From contig CM059425.1 in the NCBI GenBank assembly GCA_030390025.1, positions 162,504,001-162,568,000 on the forward strand: DNA of 64,000 nt, in the 5' to 3' direction. The notes under the pieces are model-generated. The model was not told the DNA's origin. It worked only from the letters and a program-made list of their open reading frames with translations, and did no database searches. The position numbers and the translations under genes were made by a program. The number at the start of each line of letters is the position of its first letter. The stretch's first letter is position 1. This stretch comes from Squalus acanthias (Eukaryota). Below, in pieces: positions 40,730 through 52,320 of the stretch.

Positions 40730-41030
40730 GCAGAACTAAGTGAAACAAACTAGAAGATTCCAAGTTCGATTCCTAGGTCTGTGCCGAGTTAGTTGATCTC
40801 AATCAGGGTGGTGGTAAGTGGCTACATTTGACCTCAGCACCTCTTGGTTCAGGAGAGAAAATTCAGCCAGTGTTCCCAGGCCTGATCAGTATCCAGTGAC
40901 CCCTGCTGGAAATTGTGCGTGTATAGACACTGGGTGAGGATAGAATTAGGCTGGGTCGTGATTCAACTCACTGTCAAAGTAGCCTGCCAACACTCTTTAG
41001 ACTTGCAGAAAAATAGCCACTTGATCAAGT
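40730..41030 (+). mobile_element. Old tRNA-derived SINE
   Basis: B-box-like AGTTCGATTCC near 40763; body shared with 9990-10246. Confidence 0.55.
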
Positions 41031-41059
41031 AGATTATACAAGTCAGCATCTGAAATAAT

Positions 41060-41766
41060 GGTCCCGATGTTAACCACCTCCCCCCACCAGTCCACCCCCT
41101 GGCAGGGGGCAATTAAAATGAGGGCAGCAAATTACCATCGTCTGATCGCGCTGCCTTCCCACTGTGTCCCGATGTTAACCCGCTCTTTTGAGCAGGCGTG
41201 CAGGACACTCGCATAAAGGCATCGGGGTCCATCTTTAAATATGCAGATCGGATCCCTATAACGTCATTGGGACCCGATCTGCAATTTTAGTTCAAGGCCT
41301 GAGCGGGGGGAATGACGGCATCCCATCAGGCCAAACCTTCTGGGTGGTGGGTCGAGGGTCAAAAGAGGCCCAGGCAGGTAAGTTTTTTAATTTTACTTTA
41401 GAATTCCTTGTGGGTCTGGAGCAGTAAGAGTGCTCTTCCGGGTCGCACAAGCCTGGGAATTCCTTTGCCCCGGGCACCCCTCTTCCCCCAATCGTGTCCA
41501 GAGCTCCCCTTCCCATTATCACTTACCTGACTGCTGGGGACCGTTCCATGGGTTGTCGGCAGTGGCCTCCTGCCTTCGAATTCCTGCTCCCGCCCACCGG
41601 CCAGATAGTTGATCTGGCTGGGTTCAGGTAGAAGTCAGAGAAAATTTATGGAAATGAGGCACTGGCTGTTAAAATCGACCATGCCTCGACCTCTCAGTTA
41701 CGTCTGGGTGCGCTGCTCACTTCAGGGCTCGTGCGCTGTGGCGCCCCCCCTATTAAAATTGAGACC
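41060..41766. mobile_element. Harbinger-type MITE
   Basis: TIRs GGTCCCGATGTTAA / GGTCTCAATTTTAA. Confidence 0.65.
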
Positions 41767-42166
41767 AACCAGCCTTCATGGGAATAAAAATGACTTACTG
41801 AATTCAAGATATCTCCTGCCAGGTAAGAGATTGGTCTACGGGTGACAAAGCACTTTATACTAAAAGTATTCCCTCGCTCTTTCCTTCTTCAAACAACATC
41901 CATGATCTTTACCCTTATGTAAACTAATTCATCGTACCACTCAGTGAAGATTATTTCTTCATATACTTACTACAATGTTGAAGTGTTCCTAAGTAAGCCT
42001 AATATAAATACATTAATTTACTGAATTTAGTTTGTAGGTGTTGCTAAACCCTTTTCTGTACAAGTCAGACTGTGTTCTTATCAGTGAGCATGACCGTGCA
42101 TTTCATTTAGTGCACACAAGCTCCAGCAACATGGCTGTGTTAATCCTGCCTATAGATTGTACGTAC

Positions 42167-42286
42167 CAGGAAGGCAGTTAGACTCCTCTGTGGTGATTCC
42201 CATTCAAAGCAGCTGTTAATGAAGCGGCCGGTGTTTACGAGTACCATGATGCAGCGCTTCACACGGTAGTAGTTTTTCTGGAGGAG
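42167..42286 (-). CDS. MCTP1: Internal coding exon (120 bp, phase 0-0) of multiple C2 and transmembrane domain-containing protein 1
   Basis: Translates to LLQKNYYRVKRCIMVLVNTGRFINSCFEWESPQRSLTAFL, matching the human MCTP1 segment as I recall it (LLLRNFIRMKRCVMVLVNAAYYVNSCFDWDSPPRSLAAFV). Acceptor TTTTTCCAG, donor GTACGT, TACTAAC branch point at 42319-42325. Confidence 0.92.
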
Positions 42287-42318
42287 CTGGAAAAAGCAAC
42301 AGACCAATAAAAATGAGA

Positions 42319-42325
42319 GTTAGTA
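42319..42325 (-). promoter_or_regulatory. Perfect-consensus branch point TACTAAC upstream of the MCTP1 exon
   Basis: GTTAGTA on +, about 33 nt from the acceptor AG and followed by a pyrimidine tract. Confidence 0.8.
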
Positions 42326-42592
42326 TTTCTTACCCACTATTTGACACAAAGAAGCAAATAACAAAAGTAAGATAAAGTGGGTTATCTTCAATGTGGTGGA
42401 GAGAAATTGGTTTTTAGTGGTTTTAAACACTTTTGAAGGAAAAATTCCAACCAGGCATCATGACAACACAAAATCCCGCTAGCACAGAATTAGGGAATCC
42501 ATTCATGAAATGGAACTAATAAGATGTACCACAATCTGAAAGTTCTTTACAGATACAGGTAGAAATGTCATCAGTAACTACAATAAAAAAAT

Positions 42593-43143
42593 GAGGGGAG
42601 AATTGTCTAAAACACTGAGTGAAGCAAAGTATAGAGGGGGCTGCATATTCTGGCAGAGGGGATTGCTTAAAGCTCAGCCAAAATGGCAGAAAAGGGCAGC
42701 TGACTGGCTTTGGGTAGGCCCAAACTGTGAAGCCCAGAGGCTGCCCACCAACACTAAGGTAAGCCATGGTTGGGGGGGGGGGGCGTGCGGGGTTGTTTCA
42801 CAAGTGGGTGGGGGGGGGGGGTGCGGGGTTGTTTCACAAGTGGGTATGGGGAGGAAAGCCCAGGGCAGTAGATGCCCAGACTTTCCTTGTGGGGCCCATA
42901 GGAGCCCTCCTGCTACTCTTGGTTCCACTAAGGAAAGGTTTTGCCTTACCTTAGAGGGCTGTCTTTTCTTCCCAGCTAAATTTTACTCAACAAGGCACCT
43001 ATAGCAGGCTCAGTAGGCCATCAAAATACCATCTGGGTCCTAATGATATCATAGGACCACGATTTGCATGTATCAATAAGGCTGGTACCTGATTTAACGT
43101 GGGAACATTGGCTGCTGGCCAACATGGGTTAAAATTTCCCCCC
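42593..43143. mobile_element. MITE-like element containing a G-rich ~36-bp tandem duplication (42770-42846)
   Basis: Termini GAGGGGAGAATTGT / GGGGGGAAATTTTAA. Confidence 0.55.
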
Positions 43144-43426
43144 CTTCCCCCATGACTTTTTCTTATATTCTAAACACAAAAAGAAAATAAAGATATAAGG
43201 AAGATGGTTCAAAAAAGTTAAAGGTGAAAGACAAAGGCGGAGAATTTCTTTGGAGCTACTCCTGCTCTGCCACCATAGTTTCGCTGGAAGTGTGGGAAAA
43301 ACCCTGTTTACGCAGCAGAGTGGGAGACGCTCAAAGGAAATTCCTGGCCAAAATATTGTATAAGAGGGAGAAGAAAGAAAAAACAAGAAGGGTCAAACTG
43401 GAAAGAATGAGGTGAGAAAAAACTAT

Positions 43427-44193
43427 GGTGGAGAAATTCGGTATGTTAGCGCCCCCCAGTTAGCGCCTGGCGGGGCCGCTAACGGGGCGCTCAGGCAGTA
43501 GCGCCGCGGTGGGGTAAATCCCGTGCCGCACAGCAAATTCGCCGGCCCCGTAGCACCGGCGATAACAGTTAGTGCCTCGGCACCTTTCGCTATGCAGATC
43601 GTGACGTCAGCAAGCGTGCAACGCTCACTGGGCGCCCCATCTGCAAACTTCAGTAGTGTCCCCCGCCTTACCGCCTTGCGCCAACAATGCCAGGGAGTGG
43701 AGGCATGAACCAACCAGCTGACAGGGCGCTACTTAAGTGGATGCGCCCCAGCTGTCAAGGAACTTCCGTTCCAAAGGTCAGTTATGAGTGGCAGAGATCG
43801 CAGGATGTATCTGCAGCCAAATAAAGGCTGCTTAGTCCCCGGAGTGTTGTGGGCCGTCAAAGGAATTTGCATTTCATCCCACAGCGTATCGCCGTTCTGC
43901 ACTCCCTGAATTATTGGGGGCTGGTGCACAGACTCCAGTGACCTTCTCCTTTAATGGCTGGAAGGCGCCTGCGTCAATGCTCACTCCCGATTACACAACA
44001 CCTCATATTCGTTATCGCTTGGAGCCTAACGCCACTCACCTATGCCATTAGCGCCTGATTTAGCGCTCCCCTGTATTCGTTGAGCGTTGAGACTGAATTT
44101 AGCGGGCAGCGAGATTGATTAGCGCCTGACACTAAACTTCCAACTTCTCAAAAATTAGTGCCCCAACCAGAGCGATACCGAATTTCTAGCCCC
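43427..44193. mobile_element. Harbinger-type MITE, GCGCTAA-rich family, inverted relative to 15896 and 17177
   Basis: TIRs GGTGGAGAAATTCGG / GGGGCTAGAAATTCGG. Confidence 0.8.
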
Positions 44194-44851
44194 AAAGATA
44201 TGTATTGATCAAAGAATTGGTTTAAAGATTAATTCATAAATCAAGGAATTCCTGAGCTAAGCGAAAACATTCTTTAGGTCATACTTCAGACAAGGAAAGT
44301 CTATAAAGACCATTCCAAATTAGTCAGATATCTTCCACATTTGGCTACTTTGGATGAATTTGGACGTTGATAATCAAATTTTAAAAATTCCCTCTCACTT
44401 TCATTCAAACCATATAAACTGAACGTTATTCCAGATTTGAATATTATTAATATGCTATGAATAAAGACAGGATGAAATAAAATAGTTCTGATATAGCCCC
44501 AAAATATACAGTGCAGCTAGGAAATGGCTTGGTATTTACAAATCTAGCTGGATTAGGCCATAGAATATTCTGACACAATCAATGATACATAAATTCAATC
44601 ATTATAGGAGAAAAAAAACTCAATGCCTGATCTCAATATCATAATTTTTTAAAATGTCAATGTTCTGGGAGTTGATGATAAAATTGGGGAATGGGCCAAA
44701 CCTAAAAACTTTTGTGCTGTGATTCCCCTCCATCTAATTGTTTATCTTTATCAAATACAAACATTCCAGAAAATTAACTTTGTTATTCCATAAAGTTAAA
44801 TCGTCCACACTTTCACTTAGGCACAGGCGGTACAGTGCCACTTAAAAGATA

Positions 44852-45280
44852 AAAATGAGAAGTCGCACAACACCAGGTTATAGTCCAACAGATTTATTTA
44901 ATTTTACAAGCTTTCGAAGCAGTTCGCTCCTTCGTCAGGTAAGTTAGCAATGAGATTTTTTAAATTTAAAAAAAAAAGTCTAACACAAGAACACAAATTG
45001 ACAGGATATGCAGCCAGCAGGTGGTTTGACACGTTGGACCCCCTGGGACACATCTCATTGTCTTGGCTATGCTCTTTGTTGTAGGGAATAATGTGAATAG
45101 ATTTTGTCTGGGTTTAAATTGTGAATTCTGGGAGATTCTCTCATTGCTAACTTACCTGACGAAGGAGCGAACTGCTTCGAAAGCTTGTAAAATTAAATAA
45201 ATCTGTTGGACTATAACCTGGTGTTGTGCGACTTCTCATTTTTGTCCACCCCAGTCCAACGCCGGCATCTCCACATCATG
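44852..45280 (+). mobile_element. Non-autonomous Penelope-like insertion with inverted pLTRs (family 1)
   Basis: Perfect 105-bp inverted arms at 44851-44955 and 45139-45243; 12-bp TSD ACTTAAAAGATA at 44840-44851 and 45281-45292. Confidence 0.85.
45152..45190 (+). ncRNA. Minimal type-I hammerhead ribozyme motif (mirror copy on - at 44904-44942)
   Basis: UUAC-CUGACGA-A-GGAGC(GAACU)GCUUC-GAAA-GC-UU-GUAA: conserved core, stem II, palindromic AAGCUU stem III and stem I UUAC/GUAA. Confidence 0.75.
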
Positions 45281-45964
45281 ACTTAAAAGATAGTACATGG
45301 ATTATGACACAATATGTAGAAAGAAGTGATTGCCAGAGAACTAAAAAATCTCATCAGCCCATGTTAATAGAGTACTATTGTCTTATGATATACTTCTGTT
45401 TAAAGACACAAACAATAGGGCTTAAATTAAAGACACTTCTGCTTTAGATGTCATGTTTATTGGCAGCGTAAGATACGCATAATGAGCTGCATAACTATCA
45501 GGGAAAAAAGTCACTAATTGCTTCACATACTCCTAATGAAAGTTAACATGTCTTCTTGTATATACAAGGTCACGGTATTATCAATCAAGAAATATCTAAA
45601 ATAAAACGTGACACTGCTCACTGACATAATTCAAAATATACAATTAGCTTAATCCCTGGAGGCTAAATTTTATGAAGTATAAGGGGCTGCAATGTAATAG
45701 AAAACTTGATTAAAACATATTGGTACAAATTTTTCCTCAAGCCATACTGGACAATCTAATTCCAAATCTATTTCTCTCTTGATACCTAGCGTAAATACAA
45801 CTGATCAAAGTACTATTTTTGAATGTATTTTTTAATGCCCCCAATGTTCTCCTCTTCTCTCTTGAAACTGCTGATGGTTACTGGGGTATGGTGCCACAGC
45901 TGCTGGAAGCCTCCGATACCAAGAAGGTTTTTTTATGAACCTGCACTGACAAGAGAACGTAGCT

Positions 45965-46281
45965 AAAGTCAAAACTGAAAATGCCGGAAATACTCAGCAG
46001 GTCAGACAGCATCTGTGGAGAGAGAAACAGAGTTAACGTTTCAGGTCGATGACCTTTCGTCAGAACTGGTCATCGACCTGAAATATTAACTCTGTTTCTC
46101 TCTCCACAGATGCTGCCTGACCTGCTGAGTATTTCATAAGAACATAAGAAATAGGAGCTGGAGTAGGCCATTTGGCTCTACGAGCCTGCTCTGCCATTCA
46201 ATAAGATCATGGCTGATCTTTTCCAGCATTTTCTGTTTTTATTTCAGACTTCCAGCATCCGCAGTGTTTTGCTTTTGTATC
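45965..46281 (+). mobile_element. Palindromic Penelope-like insertion (family 2) with a nested CR1 tail at 46136-46219
   Basis: Inverted arms at ~45986-46053 and 46068-46135; 13-bp TSD AGAGAA(C/T)GTAGCT at 45952-45964 and 46282-46294. Confidence 0.8.
46031..46067 (-). ncRNA. Minimal hammerhead ribozyme motif (family 2)
   Basis: AGUU-CUGACGA-A-AGGUC(AUC)GACCU-GAAA-CG-UU-AACU; palindromic AACGUU stem III. Confidence 0.7.
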
Positions 46282-47164
46282 AGAGAATGTAGCTGCTTAT
46301 TTGACTGCATATGGAGCATGAAGGGATATCGGAAGTGAACTTCTTGCTGTTTTCAACAAGTTCAGTGGAGCAGGACCAGTGGCTTAAATTTCCCTTCCTA
46401 ACCGGAAGGTGAACTGCAGTTTATTTTAATAGAAATAAATGAAAGAATTCCCCCAAAGGCTCAAAGGGTAAATGTGCTTGGATTTTGGTACTGGGCATAA
46501 TCCTTTAAAACTCCTCAAATGGCAAATGGGTCACTTAATCTGTATAAATGTTGGGAAGTTTGTTAATCCAGCTGTGGATTGCACAAATGCACTAGAGAAT
46601 GATAGCACTTGTTTGAAGTGTCTGGATGCCGCAAGTCTTGTGGACTTTGCAATGGAGAACTGAGGATTAATATCTGGTGGAAGAGGATGGGTCTGAGCAA
46701 AGGGGGAGTTGGGTGTGGAAGTACATCATCAAGATGGTGTCACTGACTAGAAGAACCTGGACGGCAGTGAGAAGAAAAGTGCATGAATTAAGGAAGAGCA
46801 TAAAGGTACTGCAAGAATATTGATGTCAAATAGCAGCATGGGACATATATGAACATTGTGAAATGTAAATGTTAAAGATATGTAATATCTAAATCCATAC
46901 TGACATAGAGAAATGTTAACAAGAATATAGAAAGTAAGGAGATAGGACAGCAGCAAGGTTATGCAAATTACATTATTCACGCCATGATATCGGAGAGAAT
47001 GTACTGCAGAAAGTAATTTTCATGGTCCAAATCCCCAAGGCAGATCTGGCATACATTTGAAGAGCACAGAGTAATAAGTGGTGGACCCCTAACCATAAGC
47101 CACTGACTGCATGTGAAGAAAATGAGAATTTTGTAATCAGAAAAACAGGTCAACATTATGTGTG

Positions 47165-47430
47165 TTCTGATGAAAGAATTCTGATTAAAGTTATACACCC
47201 GAAATGATAGGCAAATGATGGGTACACATCTGAAATGTTAACCTGATGAAAGGTATACACCCGAAATGTTAAATATCCAAAATGTTAACCCAATGAAGGA
47301 TATACACCTGAAACATTAACTCTAGAATGTTAGCTTATCTTTTCTCTTTACAGAGGCTGGCTGACCTGCCGAGTATTTCAGCTTTTTCTGTTTTTATTTC
47401 AGATTTTCAGCATTTGCAAATTTTTCCTTT
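47165..47430 (+). mobile_element. Old Penelope-like pLTR preceded by tandem degenerate hammerhead-like units
   Basis: The best unit is TTAACCTGATGAAAGGTATACACCCGAAATGTTAA at 47238-47272, followed by the family-2 tail CTGACCTGCCGAGTATTTCAGC...TTTTTATTTCAGA. Confidence 0.6.
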
Positions 47431-48109
47431 TTTATTTGAATGAAATTTGTTAATTTTCATTATTTCTTGCAGGCAGTCATTCTTTTTGCACAAAAAATGT
47501 GTCAGCTATTCAAAAGGTAAACAACATGGCTGACTCCCTAACTGTCCACTGTGGGACCCTGTGGCATTAAACTTAAGGGCACTGCTGACCTTCATTGCCA
47601 CTGAAAGTGCACATCACACAGTTGACTGTCCCTGAAGGTTTTCCTGCTCATACTTGAGTCACAGTTTCCCTGGACCAAGCTTAACTTATGCACTGTTCCA
47701 CCACCATGCTCACATTGCCAACTCTGGTGTGGTATAGCCACCACTTGGGATAGTACCTACATCAAGTATCCTACGCCCTTTGCGATCCCAGGTCCCCCTC
47801 TCCTCCCCTTCCACAGTGACATACCATCTTATGGCAGATAATTCCATACTTTCTGTCAAAATATCATGTACATTATTCATTCTGTCACTGGCAATAATTT
47901 GAAAGGTTCTCATTTGTTAAGCTTACTCCTGCCAGGTGCAAAACTGAGTAAAAATGTCCAACAGTTGAGTGCAGCGAGAGCAAATTGCAGTGTCCTTGTG
48001 TAAGTTTTGCATCAGCCAAAGATTTTCTGCTGGGACTGTGCCAAGGGTACTCGAAGGGGCATTATTCTATGTATCTGGGGGGGGTGTCTAGGCAGCCCCA
48101 GACATTGGC

Positions 48110-51100
48110 TTCTTTTTTTAATTCATTTATGGGATGTGGGCATCGCTGGCAAGGCCAACATTTATTGCCCATCCCTAATTGCCCTTGAGAAGGTGGTGGT
48201 GAGCCACTTTCTTGAACCGCTGCAGTCCATATGGTGATGGTACGCCCACAGTGTTGTTAGGTAGGGAGTTCCAGGATTTTGACCCAGCGACGATGAAGGA
48301 ACGGCGATATACTTCTAAGTCAGGATGGTGTGTGACTTGGAGGGGAACTTGAAGATGGTCGTGTTCCCATGCGCCTGCTGCCCTTGTCATTCTAGGTGGA
48401 AGAGGTCGCGGGTTTGGGAGGTGCTGCCAAAGAAGCCTTGGCGAGTTGCTGCAGTGCATCTTGTAGATGGTACACACTGCAGCCACGGTACGCCGGTGGT
48501 GGAGGGAGTGAATGTTTAAGGTGGTGGATGGGGTGCCAAACAAGCGGGCTGCTTTGTCCTGGATGGTGTCGAGCACCTTGAGTGTTGTTGGTGCTGCACT
48601 CATCCAGGCAAGTGGAGAGTATTCCATCACACTCCTTACTTGTGCCTTGTAGATGGTAGAAAGGTTTTGGGGAGTCAGGAGGTGAGACACTTGCCGCAGA
48701 ATACCTAGCCTCTGAGCTGCTCTTGTTGCCACAGTATTTATGTGGCTGGTCCAGTTAAGTTTCTGGTTAATGGTGACCCCCAGGATGTTGATGGTGGGGG
48801 ATTCGGCGATGGTAATGCCATTGAATGTCAAGGGGCGGTGGTTAGACTCTCGCTTGTTGGAGATAGTCATTGCCTGGCACTTCTGTGGCGCGAATGTTAC
48901 CTGCCACTTATCAGTCCAAGCCTGAACGTTGTTCAGGTCTTGTTGCATGTGGGCATGGACTGCTTCATTATCTGAGGAGTTGTGAATGGCACTGAACACT
49001 GTGCAGTCATCAGCGAACATCCCCATTTCTGACCTTATGTTGGAGGGAAGGTCATTGATGAAGCAGCTGAAGATAGTTGGGCCTAGGACACTGCCCTGAA
49101 GAACTCCTGCAGCGATGTCCTGGGGCTGTGATGATTGACCTTCAATCACCACAACCATCTTCCTTTGTGCTAGGTATGACTCCAGCCAGTGGAGAGTTTT
49201 CCCCCCGATTCCCATTGACTTCAGTTTTATTAGGGTTCCTTCATGCCACACTTGGTCAAATGCTGCCTTGATGTCACTCTCACTTCTCCTCTGGAATTCA
49301 GCTCTTTTGTCCATGTTTGGACCACGGCTGTAATGAGGTCGGGAGCCAAGTGGTCTTGGCGGAACCCAAACTGGGCATCAGTGAGCAGGTTATTGGTGAG
49401 TAAGTGCCGCTTGATAGCACTGTCGACGACATCTTCCATCACTTTGCTGATGATTGAGAGTAGATTGATGGGGCGGTAATTGGCCGGATTGGATTTGTCC
49501 TACTTTTTGTGGACAGGACATACCTGGGCAGTTTTCCACATTGTCGGATAGATGCCAGTGTTGTAGCTGTACTGGAACAGCTTGGCTAGAGGCGCGGCTA
49601 GTTCTGGAGCACAAGTCTTCAGCACGATAGCCGGGATGTTGTCGGGGCCCATAGCCTTTGCTGTATCCAGTGCGCTCAGCCGTTTCTTGATATCACGTGG
49701 AGTGAATCGAATTGGCTGAAGAATGGCTTCTGTGATGGTGGGGACCTCTGGAGGAGGCCGATATGGATTATCCACTTGGCACTTCTGGCTGAAGATGGTT
49801 GCAAATGCTTCAGCCTTGCCTTTTGCACTCACGTGCTGGGCTCCACCATCATTGAGGATGGGGATATTCATGGAGCCTCCTCCTCCAGTTAGTTGTTTAA
49901 TGGTCCACCACCATTCACGACTGGATGTGGCAGGACTGCAGAGCTTTGATCTGATCTGTTGATTGTGGGATCGCTTAGCCCTGTCTATAGTATGCTGCTT
50001 CCACTTTTTAGCATGCATGTAGTCCTGTGTTGCAGCTTCCCCAGGTTGGCACCTCATTTTTACGTATGCCTGGTGCTGCTCCTGGCATGCTCTTCTACAC
50101 TCTTTATTGAACCAGGGTTGGTCCCCTGGCTTGATGGTAATGGTAGAGTGAGGGATATGCCGAGCCATGAGGTTACAGATTGTGGTGGAATACAATTCTG
50201 CTGCTGCTGATGGCCCACTGCACCTCATGGATGCCCAGTTTTGAGCTGTTAGATCTGTTCTGAATCTATCCCATTTAGCATGGTGGTAGTGCCACACAAC
50301 ACGATGGAGGGTGTCCACAATGACTGTGCGGTGGTCACTGCTACCAATGCTGTCATGGACAGATGCATCTGCGACAGGTAGATTGGTGAGGACGAGCTCA
50401 AGTAGGTTTTTCCCTCGTGTTGGTTCTCTCACCACCTGTCGCAGGCCCAGACTGGCAGCTATGTCCTTCAGGACTCGGCCAGCTCAGTCAGTAGTGGTGC
50501 TACCGAGCCACTCTTGGTGAATAACACTGAAGTCCCCCACCCAGAGTACATTCTGTTCCCTTGCTACTCTCAGTGCTTCTTCCAAGTGGTGTTCAACATG
50601 GAGGAGTACTGATTCATCAGCTGAGGGAGGGCGCTAGGTGATAATCAGCAGGAGGTTTCCTTGCCCATGCTTGACCTGAAGCCATGTGACTTCATGGGGT
50701 CTGGAGTCAATGTTGAGGACTCCCAGGGCCACTCCTTCCCGAGTGTATACCACTGTGCCGCCACCCCTGGTGGGTCTGTCCTGCCGGTGATGGAGGCGTT
50801 TGGGACATTGGCTGATAGGTATGATTCTGTGTCAGGCTGTTGCTTGACTAGTTTGTGGAACAGCTCTCCCAATTTTGGCACAAGTCCCCAGATGTTGGTG
50901 AGGAGGACTTTGCAAGGTTGACTGGGCTGGGTGTGCCGAGGTTGATGCCGGGTGGTCCGTCCCGTTTCATTTTTATTATTTTGTTTTGTACCGGTTTGTT
51001 ACAACTGAGTGACTTGCTAGGCCATTTCAGAGGGCAGTTAAGAGTCAACCACATTGCTGTGGGTCTGGAGTCACATATAGACCAAGTAAGGACGGCAGAT

Positions 51101-51265
51101 TTCGTTCCCTAAAGGACATTAGTGAACCAGATGGGGTTTTACAACAATCTGATAGTTTCATGGTCGCCATTACTGATGCTAGCTTTTTATTCCAGATTTA
51201 TTTAATTTACTGAATTTAAATTCCCCAGCTGCCATGGTGGGATTACTAGCCCAGTGACATTACCA
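48110..51265 (-). mobile_element. Near-full-length non-LTR retrotransposon of a second CR1/L2-group lineage (APE endonuclease plus RT, frameshifted)
   Basis: VLLTNIWGLVPK..TESYL, PTRGKNLLELVLTN, IGSSDH, KAMGPDNIP, QFGFR, DIKAAFD, GVLQGSVLGP, FADD, VRSVMEYS; structured 3' tail. Confidence 0.92.
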
Positions 51266-51669
51266 TTCCTCTGCCGATCTTCTGCCAAAACCCCCTTTCT
51301 TGCCTTTGTTACCTCTGGACTCAACTATTCCAATACTCTCATTCTCCACCCTCCATTGAAAAAGCTCTTCCAGTTGTTCGAAAAAATGCTGGAGCAGAGG
51401 AGGGCCTCCAGTGCACAGCCAAAAGGAATTACCTCCCTGCACCTCTTAAAGCTTTAATGCCCTTGGATTGGTAATTATTTATATATATATATTTTTACTT
51501 TGGGGATTTCTTCTATTAGATTGCTTATGCATTTTTTGGTGTCTTTTTTAGCTTGAGTTATTGTTTTGTTTTTATTTAGCTCCTGTTACCACCTACTTGT
51601 CATGGGGAACACTCCGTAATCTCAACAGCAGCTCCACCTCTCCCCAAGAGCTGAGCTTCTGACCCCATA

Positions 51670-52320
51670 TGCTCTCTATCACAAAGACCACCTATGTCCA
51701 CCTCTGTAGCATCACCTGTCATCACACCTGCCTCAGCCGATCTTCTGCCAAAACCCCCTTTCTTGCCTTTGTTACCTCCAGACTCGACTATTCCAATACT
51801 CTCCTGGTCGGCTTCCCATCCTCCACCCTCCATAAACCTTAGCTCCTCCAAAACTGTGCTACCCATATCCTATTTTGCACTAAGCCCCACTCACCCATCA
51901 CCCCATGACCTACATTGGCTCCCAGTCCCCCAATGCCTCAAATTTAAAATCACTTTACGGCTTTGCCCCTCTCTATCTCTGTAACCTTCTCCAGCCCGAC
52001 AATCCTCCAAGACCTCTGCGCTCCTTCAGCTCTGGCCTCTTATGCATCCCCCATTCCCTTCGTCCGGCCATTGGTAGCTGTGCCTTCAGCCCTCTACATT
52101 CTGGAATTCCCATGCTAAACCGCTCCGTTTCCCTCATCTCCTTTAAGCCCTCCTTAAAATCTACTACTTTGACCAAGCTTTTAGTCACCTCTCCCAATAT
52201 CTTCTTCTTTGGCTCAGCTAATGTTCTAAGACATTTCACAGAAGCCAAATCGATATTTGTCTGATTACACTTCTGTGAAGTGCCTTCGGATGTTTTTCTA
52301 TATTTAAGGTTTTATATAAA
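51670..52320 (+). mobile_element. L2 LINE 3' fragment (with a partial local duplicate at 51273-51340)
   Basis: DLHWLPVPQCLKFKI, APLYLCNLLQP and LRSFSSGLL motifs; L2-type tail. Confidence 0.8.

Noticed and set aside
44851..45243. Classical DNA-transposon MITE interpretation of the inverted repeat
   Set aside because: The asymmetric 3' extension beyond one arm, the 12-13 bp TSDs and the hammerhead cores fit Penelope-like inverted pLTRs better.
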